From a virus (lineage: Duplodnaviria; Caudoviricetes), in the IMG/VR virus record IMGVR_UViG_3300002307_000018, positions 200,638 to 264,637 of that record: a stretch of DNA of 64,000 nt; one strand, 5' to 3'. The notes below the pieces were generated by a model. That model was not told where the DNA came from. It saw only the letters and a list, made by a program, of their open reading frames with translations, and did no database searches. This document shows positions 17,391 through 24,681 of this stretch, piece by piece. The position numbers and the translations under genes are program-made. Each line of letters starts with the position of its first letter. The stretch's first letter is position 1.

Positions 17391-17478
17391 CCATATTGAA
17401 ATACACTATCGTGATTTGCGCCCCACCCGACACTTCCCGCCGGTACCGCTCTCTCCACGTTAATGTACTTCGATATGG
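17391..17478 (-). ncRNA. conserved-stem ncRNA, copy F
   Basis: CCATATCGAAGTACATT...AGTGTATTTCAATATGG; G-rich interior. Confidence 0.65.
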
Positions 17479-17619
17479 CAACTACCGTTCGACCAAGGGC
17501 GTGTGACCATTGCAGCCAAACAGTAGTTAATCCATTGCCTAGATTGTGCGTTTACATCTGCTAGGCGCAGGTGGTCAACCGTAGCACAATACGTCTTGTA
17601 GTACTGAGTACTTCAAAGG

Positions 17620-17704
17620 TGGTGGAGATTACTGGGATCGAACCAGTCGTGGGCAAGCCCGCCGGATTTACAGTCCAGTGCATCACCATTGATGCTTCAT
17701 CTCC
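17620..17704 (-). tRNA. tRNA-Tyr(GTA)
   Basis: CTGGA-CTGTAAA-TCCGG, variable arm, CCA. Confidence 0.9.
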
Positions 17705-17918
17705 GAAACTTTTACTAAATTTCTGGCAGGGGTTTAACGAGATTATCTACCTGCCCAATCTCGACATTACGGCGATTTTTCAGTCACGTGCCTTACTAGT
17801 CGCTATCTTATGTTCTTGAATTCGTGCCTCTCCTAGGGACTCTTACCCTACTGTTTCGTAACTGGCATGCCGCCCGGTGAGGCTCAGGTCGCAGTGCCTT
17901 CTTCTTTCAAGAATACTT

Positions 17919-17995
17919 TGGGGTGTAGAACGGGATTTGAACCCGCATCAGTCGGCTTCACAACCCGAGGCTTTACCGATTAAGCTATCTACACC
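17919..17995 (-). tRNA. tRNA-His(GTG)
   Basis: loop TTGTGAA, encoded G-1 opposite C73, CCA. Confidence 0.88.
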
Positions 17996-18097
17996 ATTGA
18001 AAAAACTGTAGTAAGTCAGGTGCCCATGTCCTAACATAGCGCCGATACAGGCGGGAGATATCAATCTCAGTCGGGCAATACGTATCTCTACAAAACT

Positions 18098-18172
18098 TGG
18101 TACTGCATACGGGTTACGATCCCGTCTGGTCACCTTGAAAGGGTGATGACCTCACCAGAAGTCGAATGCAGC
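18098..18172 (-). tRNA. tRNA-Glu(TTC), second copy
   Basis: TCACC-CTTTCAA-GGTGA; T-loop ATCGTAA; CCA. Confidence 0.85.
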
Positions 18173-18182
18173 ATTGAAAACT

Positions 18183-18258
18183 TGGCGCCGCTGATGGGGA
18201 TCGAACCCACCTAAGTCTCGCAGACAACGAGTTACCCTCACCAGAAAGCTACAGCGGC
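18183..18258 (-). tRNA. tRNA-Asp(GTC), second, atypical copy
   Basis: acceptor GCCGCTG/CAGCGGC, G73; loop TTGTCTG (U37,G38); weak D-stem. Confidence 0.7.
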
Positions 18259-18403
18259 ATATTAGCGAATAAAATAACACACAGTGAAAAATACAATCAA
18301 CCCATACAAAAATTGTAGTGATGTACGATGAATTTCTTTTACTGTGTCTTCTTCTGTTTGATATTCTACTGTGTACATATTGTTTCCTTTGAAACTAGTA
18401 CTT

Positions 18404-18513
18404 ATCATTATTGAACACACTACACGGGAATCGAACCCGCCTACACCGTAAATTAACACGCTGCTATGTCCATCACTCAGCGTGGCCTACGCCTTTATGT
18501 GTTCAATAATGAT
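18404..18513 (-). ncRNA. conserved-stem ncRNA, copy G, with T-arm
   Basis: 16-bp stem ATCATTATTGAACACA/TGTGTTCAATAATGAT enclosing GCGGG-TTCGATT-CCCGT and CACGCTG/CAGCGTG hairpins. Confidence 0.65.
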
Positions 18514-18588
18514 GACTCTTGGGGTGCTTCCCAGCAGGCCGATACTTCCCAGTATCATAGAGTCAACGTACTGCACTTATTGTGTATA

Positions 18589-18770
18589 ATACACAATATT
18601 GAAACTCACTGTCAGACCCCTTCCTAAGTGTATTGCGTCTGCTTGCTCACCTTCTGTTTTCTTGGCGTCTTGAGCGTATCATTTAAGACAGTACTGCGCT
18701 GAGCCACTTCAGGCCACGACTTACGTACTCCCTCAGCCAGTAACGGGCAATGAGTTTCAATATTATGTAT
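18589..18770 (-). ncRNA. conserved-stem ncRNA, copy H
   Basis: 14-bp perfect stem AATATTGAAACTCA/TGAGTTTCAATATT around a ~140-nt interior. Confidence 0.6.
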
Positions 18771-18772
18771 GT

Positions 18773-18867
18773 TACGCAATATTGAAATACACTCTCGACG
18801 CCTGGTCCCGTTGCTGCGGCCCACTCGGCGGGACTTTGCGACTTTGAATGTACTTCAATATTGCGTA
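18773..18867 (-). ncRNA. conserved-stem ncRNA, copy I
   Basis: TACGCAATATTGAAGTACATT...AGTGTATTTCAATATTGCGTA. Confidence 0.7.
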
Positions 18868-18910
18868 CTGATTGTTAAAGAGCGTTTACTGCATTACTTA
18901 CTATACTACT

Positions 18911-18939
18911 ATTATAACTGAATTCTGATTTACTGTCAA
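18911..18939 (-). promoter_or_regulatory. sigma70-type promoter driving the ncRNA array
   Basis: TTGACA-N17-TATAAT about 40 nt upstream of copy I; near-identical to 19946..19974. Confidence 0.82.
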
Positions 18940-18955
18940 GAGAATTTAACACTAT

Positions 18956-19147
18956 TTAAAAATTAAATTCTCTGACCCAATCGAAACGCTGATTACCAAG
19001 GCGCACCCACTTGACTGCGTTAGAGTTTACATCTCCTACATGAGGACAAACACAAACCCACCCACGATCCTGTGAGAACTTGACTGTTTCAGCGACACGG
19101 ATAACTTCAACGATTTTACCGTTCATCTTAGCTACTGTTACAGTCAT
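18956..19147 (-). CDS. small hypothetical protein
   Basis: 63 aa, AGGAG SD. Confidence 0.6.
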   Translation of the reverse strand: MTVTVAKMNGKIVEVIRVAETVKFSQDRGWVCVCPHVGDVNSNAVKWVRLGNQRFDWVREFNF

Positions 19148-19163
19148 TGCAATCTCCTAATAA

Positions 19164-19370
19164 TTACGCCGCGTCTACATCAATACCGACACTACGCATA
19201 TAAGCGTCAAGAGCATCTGAATAATAATCTTCCGCCATTACTCGCATAATCAAACTACGATCAAACTTCATGCCGTGAATAACCACGGGACCTTCAGCGT
19301 CTAGCTTGTCGCAGAATTTTTCTTCTGCACTCGCCATTTGATTCATTAGATCCATTGGGTTTAAGTCCAT
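19164..19370 (-). CDS. small hypothetical protein
   Basis: start MDLNPMDL after AAGGAAG, downstream of a promoter. Confidence 0.55.
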   Translation of the reverse strand: MDLNPMDLMNQMASAEEKFCDKLDAEGPVVIHGMKFDRSLIMRVMAEDYYSDALDAYMRSVGIDVDAA

Positions 19371-19401
19371 GATTGCTTCCTTTTCTCTAGTGTATGTGTA
19401 C

Positions 19402-19430
19402 ATTGTACACTATTACCGATTTATCGTCAA
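19402..19430 (-). promoter_or_regulatory. sigma70-type promoter
   Basis: TTGACG-N17-TACAAT. Confidence 0.7.
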
Positions 19431-19431
19431 G

Positions 19432-19647
19432 CTATTTTTGCGTTAAATCCATATAAATTACATTCCCAACTTGCTGCCACTTGTACTTGTGCCGCATTTG
19501 CTCAGTCATGATTTTGTCAACTGGCGCCCACAACTCTGGGTACAATTCTCGCATAGCATTCATAAACGGAGTATCATACGCATAAGTAGCGTCTTGATAC
19601 TTTTCCGCCAATCGAGCAATTTTCTCAACGTCAATTGTAATCTGCAT
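19432..19647 (-). CDS. small hypothetical protein
   Basis: start MQITIDVEK immediately after the upstream stop. Confidence 0.55.
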   Translation of the reverse strand: MQITIDVEKIARLAEKYQDATYAYDTPFMNAMRELYPELWAPVDKIMTEQMRHKYKWQQVGNVIYMDLTQK

Positions 19648-19648
19648 A

Positions 19649-19915
19649 TTAGTCCAGACTGTTAAAAGCATCTTCAAATACTTTTAATACATCTTTAAGA
19701 GTATATATTTTATCTGTTTCAAATAGCCACCCACCGTTACCATGACGACCATCATCTACGCAAATATAGCGTATGGGCTCATTGTCACGTCTGTGACTTG
19801 GGTGTGCATACTCAGTAATGTTAATCTGAGAATGCTTAGTGACAAAGAATTTGACATCAACTCCACCGTGCGACCCGTGCATTTTCATTGAAACAATAGC
19901 TACATTCTTAGCCAT
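19649..19915 (-). CDS. small hypothetical protein
   Basis: 88 aa, AAGGA SD, promoter upstream. Confidence 0.55.
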   Translation of the reverse strand: MAKNVAIVSMKMHGSHGGVDVKFFVTKHSQINITEYAHPSHRRDNEPIRYICVDDGRHGNGGWLFETDKIYTLKDVLKVFEDAFNSLD

Positions 19916-19945
19916 AGTATTTCCTTTTGTTCAGTGTAAGTACGT

Positions 19946-19974
19946 ATTATAACTGAATACTGATTTACTGTCAA
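19946..19974 (-). promoter_or_regulatory. sigma70-type promoter
   Basis: TTGACA-N17-TATAAT. Confidence 0.82.
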
Positions 19975-20029
19975 GGAAAAGCACTAAACAGTGCTTAGTA
20001 TTGTGTTGTATTTTTACAACACTTTTTAT

Positions 20030-20103
20030 TGGAAGGGGTGCTAAGAATCGAACTTAGGATAGCGAGTTCAAAGCCCGCTGTTATACCATTTAACTACACC
20101 CCA
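20030..20103 (-). tRNA. tRNA-Gln(TTG)
   Basis: GCGGG-CTTTGAA-CTCGC; CCA. Confidence 0.88.
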
Positions 20104-20109
20104 CTTGAT

Positions 20110-20184
20110 TGGTAGGTCGCCTCAGTATCGAACTGAGTTCTTTCGGGTAAGAGCCGAGTGCTTCACCATTAAAGCTTGCAACCT
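20110..20184 (-). tRNA. tRNA-Lys(CTT)
   Basis: TCGG-CTCTTAC-CCGA; CCA. Confidence 0.88.
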
Positions 20185-20192
20185 ATTGTACA

Positions 20193-20268
20193 TGGCTCCG
20201 TCTGTTGGTAACGATCCAACCTTCTTCGGTTAACAGCCGAGCATACTCACCATGAATATTAAGACGGA
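20193..20268 (-). tRNA. tRNA-Asn(GTT), second copy
   Basis: TCGG-CTGTTAA-CCGA; T-loop ATCGTTA; G73; CCA. Confidence 0.85.
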
Positions 20269-20278
20269 ATTGAAATTG

Positions 20279-20371
20279 TGGCGGGTAGCAGAGGAGTCGA
20301 ACCCCATCCCCATTACAGAGAACCTGGTTTTCAAGGCCAGTCGCAGGACCAACCCCGCTGCATTACTACCC
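20279..20371 (-). tRNA. tRNA-Ser(TGA)
   Basis: loop CTTGAAA, long variable arm, extended D-stem, G73, CCA. Confidence 0.82.
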
Positions 20372-20385
20372 GTTGTTTTTGATTG

Positions 20386-20460
20386 TGGTAGTTCCAACTG
20401 GAATCGAACCAGTGGTCTTCACGATGTCAACGTGACGATTTACCGCTAATCTATGGAACT
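20386..20460 (-). tRNA. tRNA-Val(GAC)
   Basis: TCACG-TTGACAT-CGTGA; CCA. Confidence 0.9.
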
Positions 20461-21403
20461 ATTTTTTAACTATTGCTGGATTATATTTATTTAATTGTAT
20501 ATCTCCAGGGAATGTACAATTTGGTCTAGAACAGGTTAGATACTCGTCAAGAAACTTGAAATTTGAAATATGTCCAAGTATTTTTACCTTACAAATTCCA
20601 GCACTGACCTGACCGTTTGCGTACACATCGATTCCTTCGCTACCAGCCGAACATCTCCAATTTTGAAAATAGTGTTGTCCTTCTGCCATGATAGTGTTCG
20701 GCAATGTACGTCTAGTGGTGTTATCGGAGTATACAGACTCACAATCCCACGTGAAATTCATATTTAACTTCGTTGGATAGTTCTTAACGAAATTTAACTG
20801 CTCTTCGGTATACTGATGCAGATTTCTACTAACTGTGCTTTGATGCTGTAATATTTTTGGAACAATGAACGGTTTGAACCGATCATCAACATCATCGACT
20901 ATTTTCAATACAGTGTCCCACATTTGAGGGTGACACATCAAGTTAAATCTAATCGATACCCCGTTATCATTTAAAAATTCACAAAGTTCATTGATGCGTA
21001 TCTTTTTACTATCATAGTACTCGGGGTGTAAAGACAGTATGACTAGATTGGGCAGATGTGGCAAAGATTTCCACCAACTAATGCCTCTAGTTCCGTTGGT
21101 TGTCAATATGATAACGGCATAGTCATGTAGTCGCTCAATAATATTACCGCACTTAGGATGTGCAGTCGGCTCACCACCTGATATGTTAATCATCAATCTT
21201 TTTTGCGTTGTTCGCTGCGTGTCAATCAACGTGTCAATAAACTTATCTATATCATGATCAGTTGGAAATCCTTGACTTTTAGCGAATTTTCCTTGTTTTA
21301 ACGCAGGAGGACAATATGTACAATCCTGATTACAGAAATTCGTGATAACCCAATGAACAAAAATGTCATTGTTTAAATTTTTTATTTCTATAATCTCTTT
21401 CAT
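20459..21403 (-). CDS. radical SAM protein
   Basis: CNQDCTYC (CxxxCxxC), SGGEPT, TTNG; C-terminal Cys cluster (SPASM/twitch-like). Confidence 0.85.
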   Translation of the reverse strand: MKEIIEIKNLNNDIFVHWVITNFCNQDCTYCPPALKQGKFAKSQGFPTDHDIDKFIDTLIDTQRTTQKRLMINISGGEPTAHPKCGNIIERLHDYAVIILTTNGTRGISWWKSLPHLPNLVILSLHPEYYDSKKIRINELCEFLNDNGVSIRFNLMCHPQMWDTVLKIVDDVDDRFKPFIVPKILQHQSTVSRNLHQYTEEQLNFVKNYPTKLNMNFTWDCESVYSDNTTRRTLPNTIMAEGQHYFQNWRCSAGSEGIDVYANGQVSAGICKVKILGHISNFKFLDEYLTCSRPNCTFPGDIQLNKYNPAIVKK

Positions 21404-21416
21404 ATTATCCTAATGT

Positions 21417-21500
21417 TGGTGCCCCCAGCGAGACTCGAACTCGCACGGATTTCTCCACTAGTTCCTAAGACTAGCGTGTCTGCCATTCCACCACAGGGGC
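21417..21500 (-). tRNA. tRNA-Leu(TAG)
   Basis: CTAGT-CTTAGGA-ACTAG, variable arm, CCA. Confidence 0.92.
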
Positions 21501-21518
21501 ATTGTACTCTTTACTATT

Positions 21519-21592
21519 TGGCGTACCCCCAAGGACTCGAACCTTGACTAGCGGTTTTGGAGACCGATATGCTGCCATTACATTAGGGATAC
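21519..21592 (-). tRNA. tRNA-Trp(CCA)
   Basis: CGGT-CTCCAAA-ACCG; G73; CCA. Confidence 0.92.
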
Positions 21593-21598
21593 AAAAAC

Positions 21599-21674
21599 TG
21601 GAGCGGGTGATCGGGATCGAACCGACGACAATCACGTTGGCAACGTGGCGCTCTACCATCTGAGCTACGCCCGC
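21599..21674 (-). tRNA. tRNA-Gly(GCC)
   Basis: CACG-TTGCCAA-CGTG; CCA. Confidence 0.92.
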
Positions 21675-21749
21675 ATTAAATTTGTACTACGAAACTATTT
21701 ATATGTTATACATACTGTCATATAATATGTATGCAAACTTCTCTCGATC

Positions 21750-22445
21750 TCAGCAAATATGCGGAGGAAGAAGTTTGATTTTCTCAAACTCAGTAATTGG
21801 GCCAAGATTTTCTGTAATTATACTAGTGTACTCTGTTGGAATCATATCCAAGGCCAGCATTCCACGAGGAGCTGATGACTTACTTACAGTTTTATGAGGT
21901 ATTCTATGATTGAACACATAGTAAAATCCAGACTTCATTTCTACTTCATATAGATCATCTGACAAGTGTGGTACTGGGTTAAAGTCTCCACGATCAGTCG
22001 GAGTGTCGGCAGTCCAACTACAGAAATAATTTTTTACATCACTGTTATCTGTAAGCGGAATCATTACTTTGCTTGCTACTATTCCATTTGCCAGTCTATC
22101 ATGATGCCATCTTATAGTACCATTGGGTACTAATAGAGTTAGTTCAGCCCATAACAACGACATTGAAACTGTAAACAATGTTTTGATTTCTTCAGCCACG
22201 TTGACGATTGCCGCTTCTAATTTTTTATTAGAAAATAATCTTGTTGGATCATATTCTACTCGTCTAGTGCATGGATATATCGCAGCCTGAGCAGGGTCTC
22301 TTTTATTATTTTGAAAGTTTTCTCCCCAGTCTTCTTCTTGCCAACACTGTTGTAGTGCTGAAAAAAGATCAGAATTCACTGGATTTGGAAACTGATAAAT
22401 GCTAGTCCATGGTAAATTATTTTTCGTTGGATAAGAAGTATTCAT
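21750..22445 (-). CDS. Asp/Asn beta-hydroxylase-like 2OG-Fe(II) oxygenase
   Basis: WHHD, KVMIPL, FNHRIPHKTV. Confidence 0.65.
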   Translation of the reverse strand: MNTSYPTKNNLPWTSIYQFPNPVNSDLFSALQQCWQEEDWGENFQNNKRDPAQAAIYPCTRRVEYDPTRLFSNKKLEAAIVNVAEEIKTLFTVSMSLLWAELTLLVPNGTIRWHHDRLANGIVASKVMIPLTDNSDVKNYFCSWTADTPTDRGDFNPVPHLSDDLYEVEMKSGFYYVFNHRIPHKTVSKSSAPRGMLALDMIPTEYTSIITENLGPITEFEKIKLLPPHIC

Positions 22446-22492
22446 AGTATGAATATTTATCAAATCGTAAGCGACCCTGTATAAATACTCAC

Positions 22493-23029
22493 ATGGAATA
22501 TGTCATTAAACTAAATCTACCGCAACTTGATCAGGTCTTGACTGCCGAGGCATTGTCAATGATAAATGTGACTCCAACTGATGCAGTGCGTTCTTATTAC
22601 AAACCCGCTGATATAATCAGATCAGAATTTCTAATCGTCAATGGTTTCAAATGGGATCGTATTTTTGATTTTTCTAAGCCACCCAAATATACAGCGCAAA
22701 TCCACACTGATTCATTCTTACACAAATGTGCTTGGGGAATCAACTGGATATACGGCGCAGATGGACTTTTAAATTACTGGGATAGAAAAGATGTTGTTGA
22801 GAATGAAACCATAAACAACAAACTAGGTAATTTAGTTAGGTTTAAACCAACCGACATTCCTCCAATTAAAAGCTACTATATGACGCCGGCTGCATATCTT
22901 GTTAATGCAAGAGAGCCGCATCAGGCTGTTAGCATAGGCGATCGCCATTGTATCAGCGCACGTTGCAGTACATCATACAACTTTAGTTGGGAAGAAATCG
23001 TAGATCGATTTCAAGACTACATTATGTAA
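22493..23029 (+). CDS. 2OG-Fe(II) oxygenase-like protein
   Basis: IHTD...GINW...PHQA...RHCISAR; TATAAATA upstream. Confidence 0.6.
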   Translation: MEYVIKLNLPQLDQVLTAEALSMINVTPTDAVRSYYKPADIIRSEFLIVNGFKWDRIFDFSKPPKYTAQIHTDSFLHKCAWGINWIYGADGLLNYWDRKDVVENETINNKLGNLVRFKPTDIPPIKSYYMTPAAYLVNAREPHQAVSIGDRHCISARCSTSYNFSWEEIVDRFQDYIM

Positions 23030-23030
23030 T

Positions 23031-23106
23031 TGGTGCCCCCTGTTGGTTACGATCCAACCTTTACAGCTTTTCAAGCTGTCACTTTCACCAGATTAGTTTA
23101 AGGGAC
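23031..23106 (-). tRNA. tRNA-Phe(GAA)
   Basis: ACAGC-TTGAAAA-GCTGT; T-loop ATCGTAA; CCA. Confidence 0.88.
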
Positions 23107-23108
23107 AT

Positions 23109-23184
23109 TGGTCTCCACGCCAAGATTTGAACTTGGACCGCCTGGCTCCAGACCAGCTACGCTACCAGATTACGCCACGCAGAG
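23109..23184 (-). tRNA. tRNA-Pro(TGG), atypical anticodon loop
   Basis: C1-G72 and A73 Pro identity; loop TCTGGAG instead of TTTGGGA. Confidence 0.75.
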
Positions 23185-23194
23185 ATTAAAACTT

Positions 23195-23272
23195 TGGTAC
23201 CCTCGCTCGGAGTTGAACCGAGAGAATTTTTCCTTTTGAGAGAAACGACTTTGCCAATTTGTCCACGAGGGC
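23195..23272 (-). tRNA. tRNA-Leu(CAA), short variable loop
   Basis: TTTCT-CTCAAAA-GGAAA; only 6 nt between anticodon and T stems; A73; CCA. Confidence 0.8.
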
Positions 23273-23276
23273 ATTA

Positions 23277-23501
23277 CTATCGGCGCATTTTCCAAGTATA
23301 GTTTTCACCACTTGGCAATCGACCGTTTTCAACACTATCTACTCCCATCTTACCTACTTGATTGGGATTTTCTCCTACCATGGCCACGTATAAGCGACCG
23401 ATAGTGCGTAGATGATTAGCTTGAGTTAGTGCTTCAATCATTTCCAGATATTCTTCACTACATGCTTGACCGTCTGGTGCAGTCCAATATACTTTGTACA
23501 A
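23277..23501 (-). CDS. small conserved phage protein
   Basis: 74 aa, ENPNQVGKMGVDSVENGRLPSG..YTW. Confidence 0.55.
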   Translation of the reverse strand: MYKVYWTAPDGQACSEEYLEMIEALTQANHLRTIGRLYVAMVGENPNQVGKMGVDSVENGRLPSGENYTWKMRR

Positions 23502-23520
23502 TATTTTCTCTTTTTCTAGT

Positions 23521-23595
23521 TGGTACCCCCTGATGGAATTGAACCACCATCACTAAGTTCGTAGCCTAGTATCCTATCCGTTGAACGAAGGGGGC
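23521..23595 (-). tRNA. tRNA-Arg(ACG)
   Basis: CTAGG-CTACGAA-CTTAG; CCA. Confidence 0.9.
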
Positions 23596-23604
23596 GTTGT
23601 TAAT

Positions 23605-24201
23605 TTAAAATCCAAACATTATTTTTCTAGCATCTTCAAAATAAATGTTCTCTGGGTGCAGCGGTCTTAGCGTAAGAATGATACGCTCGTTTGCTGACTG
23701 TCTGTTATCAAAATCGTGCCATATCTCTGTGTTAAACAAGACAGCCTCATTTGGCTTAGCACACATTGTTTTCAATGGACAATGTTTGGAAGTATCGCAG
23801 CCAATAAGTCTACGGCCGGTTTGTCCAGGCGGATTATCGTCTGTTTGATAGTCTTTCATATCTTCATCCGAGAACCAACTAGTGATACACTTATCATCTA
23901 GTATTTTTATCGGATAGTTAAAACTAATGTGCGTAGCTATACCATCCTTGTGTACTCTGCCATAATGGCCAGATTTACTAACCAACAATGATACACGCTC
24001 ATGATTTAATTCAAACTGAGTAGACATCGGCGACATATCAAGAATCTCTTGACCCAGTTCTTTGTCGAATTTGTGTTGTGCAAACTGATATGGGAATTCT
24101 ATCTTAGATGCAATATCCTGACAGCGATTGATTATTTGTGTCAACATTGGATACGTAAATCTAATATAATATGGGCTACAATCTTCTATGATACTATACA
24201 T
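23605..24201 (-). CDS. 2OG-Fe(II) oxygenase-like protein (paralog of 31718..32353)
   Basis: VHKDG...NTEIWHDFDN...RIILTLR; shared IIEDCSPYYIRFTY N-terminus. Confidence 0.65.
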   Translation of the reverse strand: MYSIIEDCSPYYIRFTYPMLTQIINRCQDIASKIEFPYQFAQHKFDKELGQEILDMSPMSTQFELNHERVSLLVSKSGHYGRVHKDGIATHISFNYPIKILDDKCITSWFSDEDMKDYQTDDNPPGQTGRRLIGCDTSKHCPLKTMCAKPNEAVLFNTEIWHDFDNRQSANERIILTLRPLHPENIYFEDARKIMFGF

Positions 24202-24216
24202 ATCTTCTCTAAAAAT

Positions 24217-24293
24217 TGGTCGGAGTACAAGGATTCGAACCTTGGACTTCTTGCTCCCAAAGCAAGCACTCTACCAGACTGAGCTACACTCCG
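24217..24293 (-). tRNA. tRNA-Pro(TGG)
   Basis: CTTGC-TTTGGGA-GCAAG; CCA. Confidence 0.92.
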
Positions 24294-24303
24294 AAATTAC
24301 TTC

Positions 24304-24540
24304 TTAACTATAGACATCACCGTGAGGTAACTCTGTGCCATTGGCAAGAGCAATAACCGCATCAACTGACTCCATTACTTCCCAGTTACCATGCGGAGGA
24401 ATGAACACCATAGTGACTTCTACGATCTCACCAGTGGGTCTTGTTACCGTTGATTTAAATATAGATACAATTAAATCAGCATTGATTGCAATTGGCTCGT
24501 TTAGAAATTCTGGTCGTGCGTTAGTTAATTTAATAAACAT
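24304..24540 (-). CDS. FlbD-like small protein
   Basis: MFIKLTNA...INADLIVSI...WEVMESVDAVI resembles the FlbD family pattern. Confidence 0.5.
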   Translation of the reverse strand: MFIKLTNARPEFLNEPIAINADLIVSIFKSTVTRPTGEIVEVTMVFIPPHGNWEVMESVDAVIALANGTELPHGDVYS

Positions 24541-24558
24541 ATTTTCTCTAAGTTAATT

Positions 24559-24634
24559 TGGTTGCGACGTGACGGAATCGAACCGCCCCCTGTGGCTTAT
24601 GAGACCACCGTGCTTACCTACACACTCACCCGCA
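24559..24634 (-). tRNA. tRNA-Met(CAT), third CAT tRNA
   Basis: GTGGT-CTCATAA-GCCAC; acceptor stem with a one-base bulge; CCA. Confidence 0.75.
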
Positions 24635-24651
24635 ATTGTTACTATACTGAC

Positions 24652-24680
24652 ACTATAACACACACAGTATTTAGTGTCAA
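24652..24680 (-). promoter_or_regulatory. sigma70-type promoter
   Basis: TTGACA-N17-TATAGT upstream of tRNA-Met. Confidence 0.7.
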
Positions 24681-24681
24681 G

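Noticed and set aside
18589-18770. Hammerhead, glycine or c-di-GMP riboswitch cores in ncRNA interiors
   Set aside because: Only partial words (CUGAAG, GAUGA, GAAA) without the required stem order; could not be supported by eye.
16519-18867. CRISPR array suggested by recurring ATATTGAAATACAC
   Set aside because: The repeats come as inverted pairs enclosing variable-length structured interiors, not as evenly spaced direct repeats; no cas genes are present.
13045-18867. MITE or IS elements as the explanation of the inverted repeats
   Set aside because: Interiors are unrelated, no consistent target-site duplication or transposase is seen, and mismatches are G-U compatible on one strand, pointing to RNA structure.
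20279-20371. Selenocysteine or opal-suppressor tRNA
   Set aside because: The anticodon is TGA (reads UCA, Ser), not TCA; no sel genes seen.
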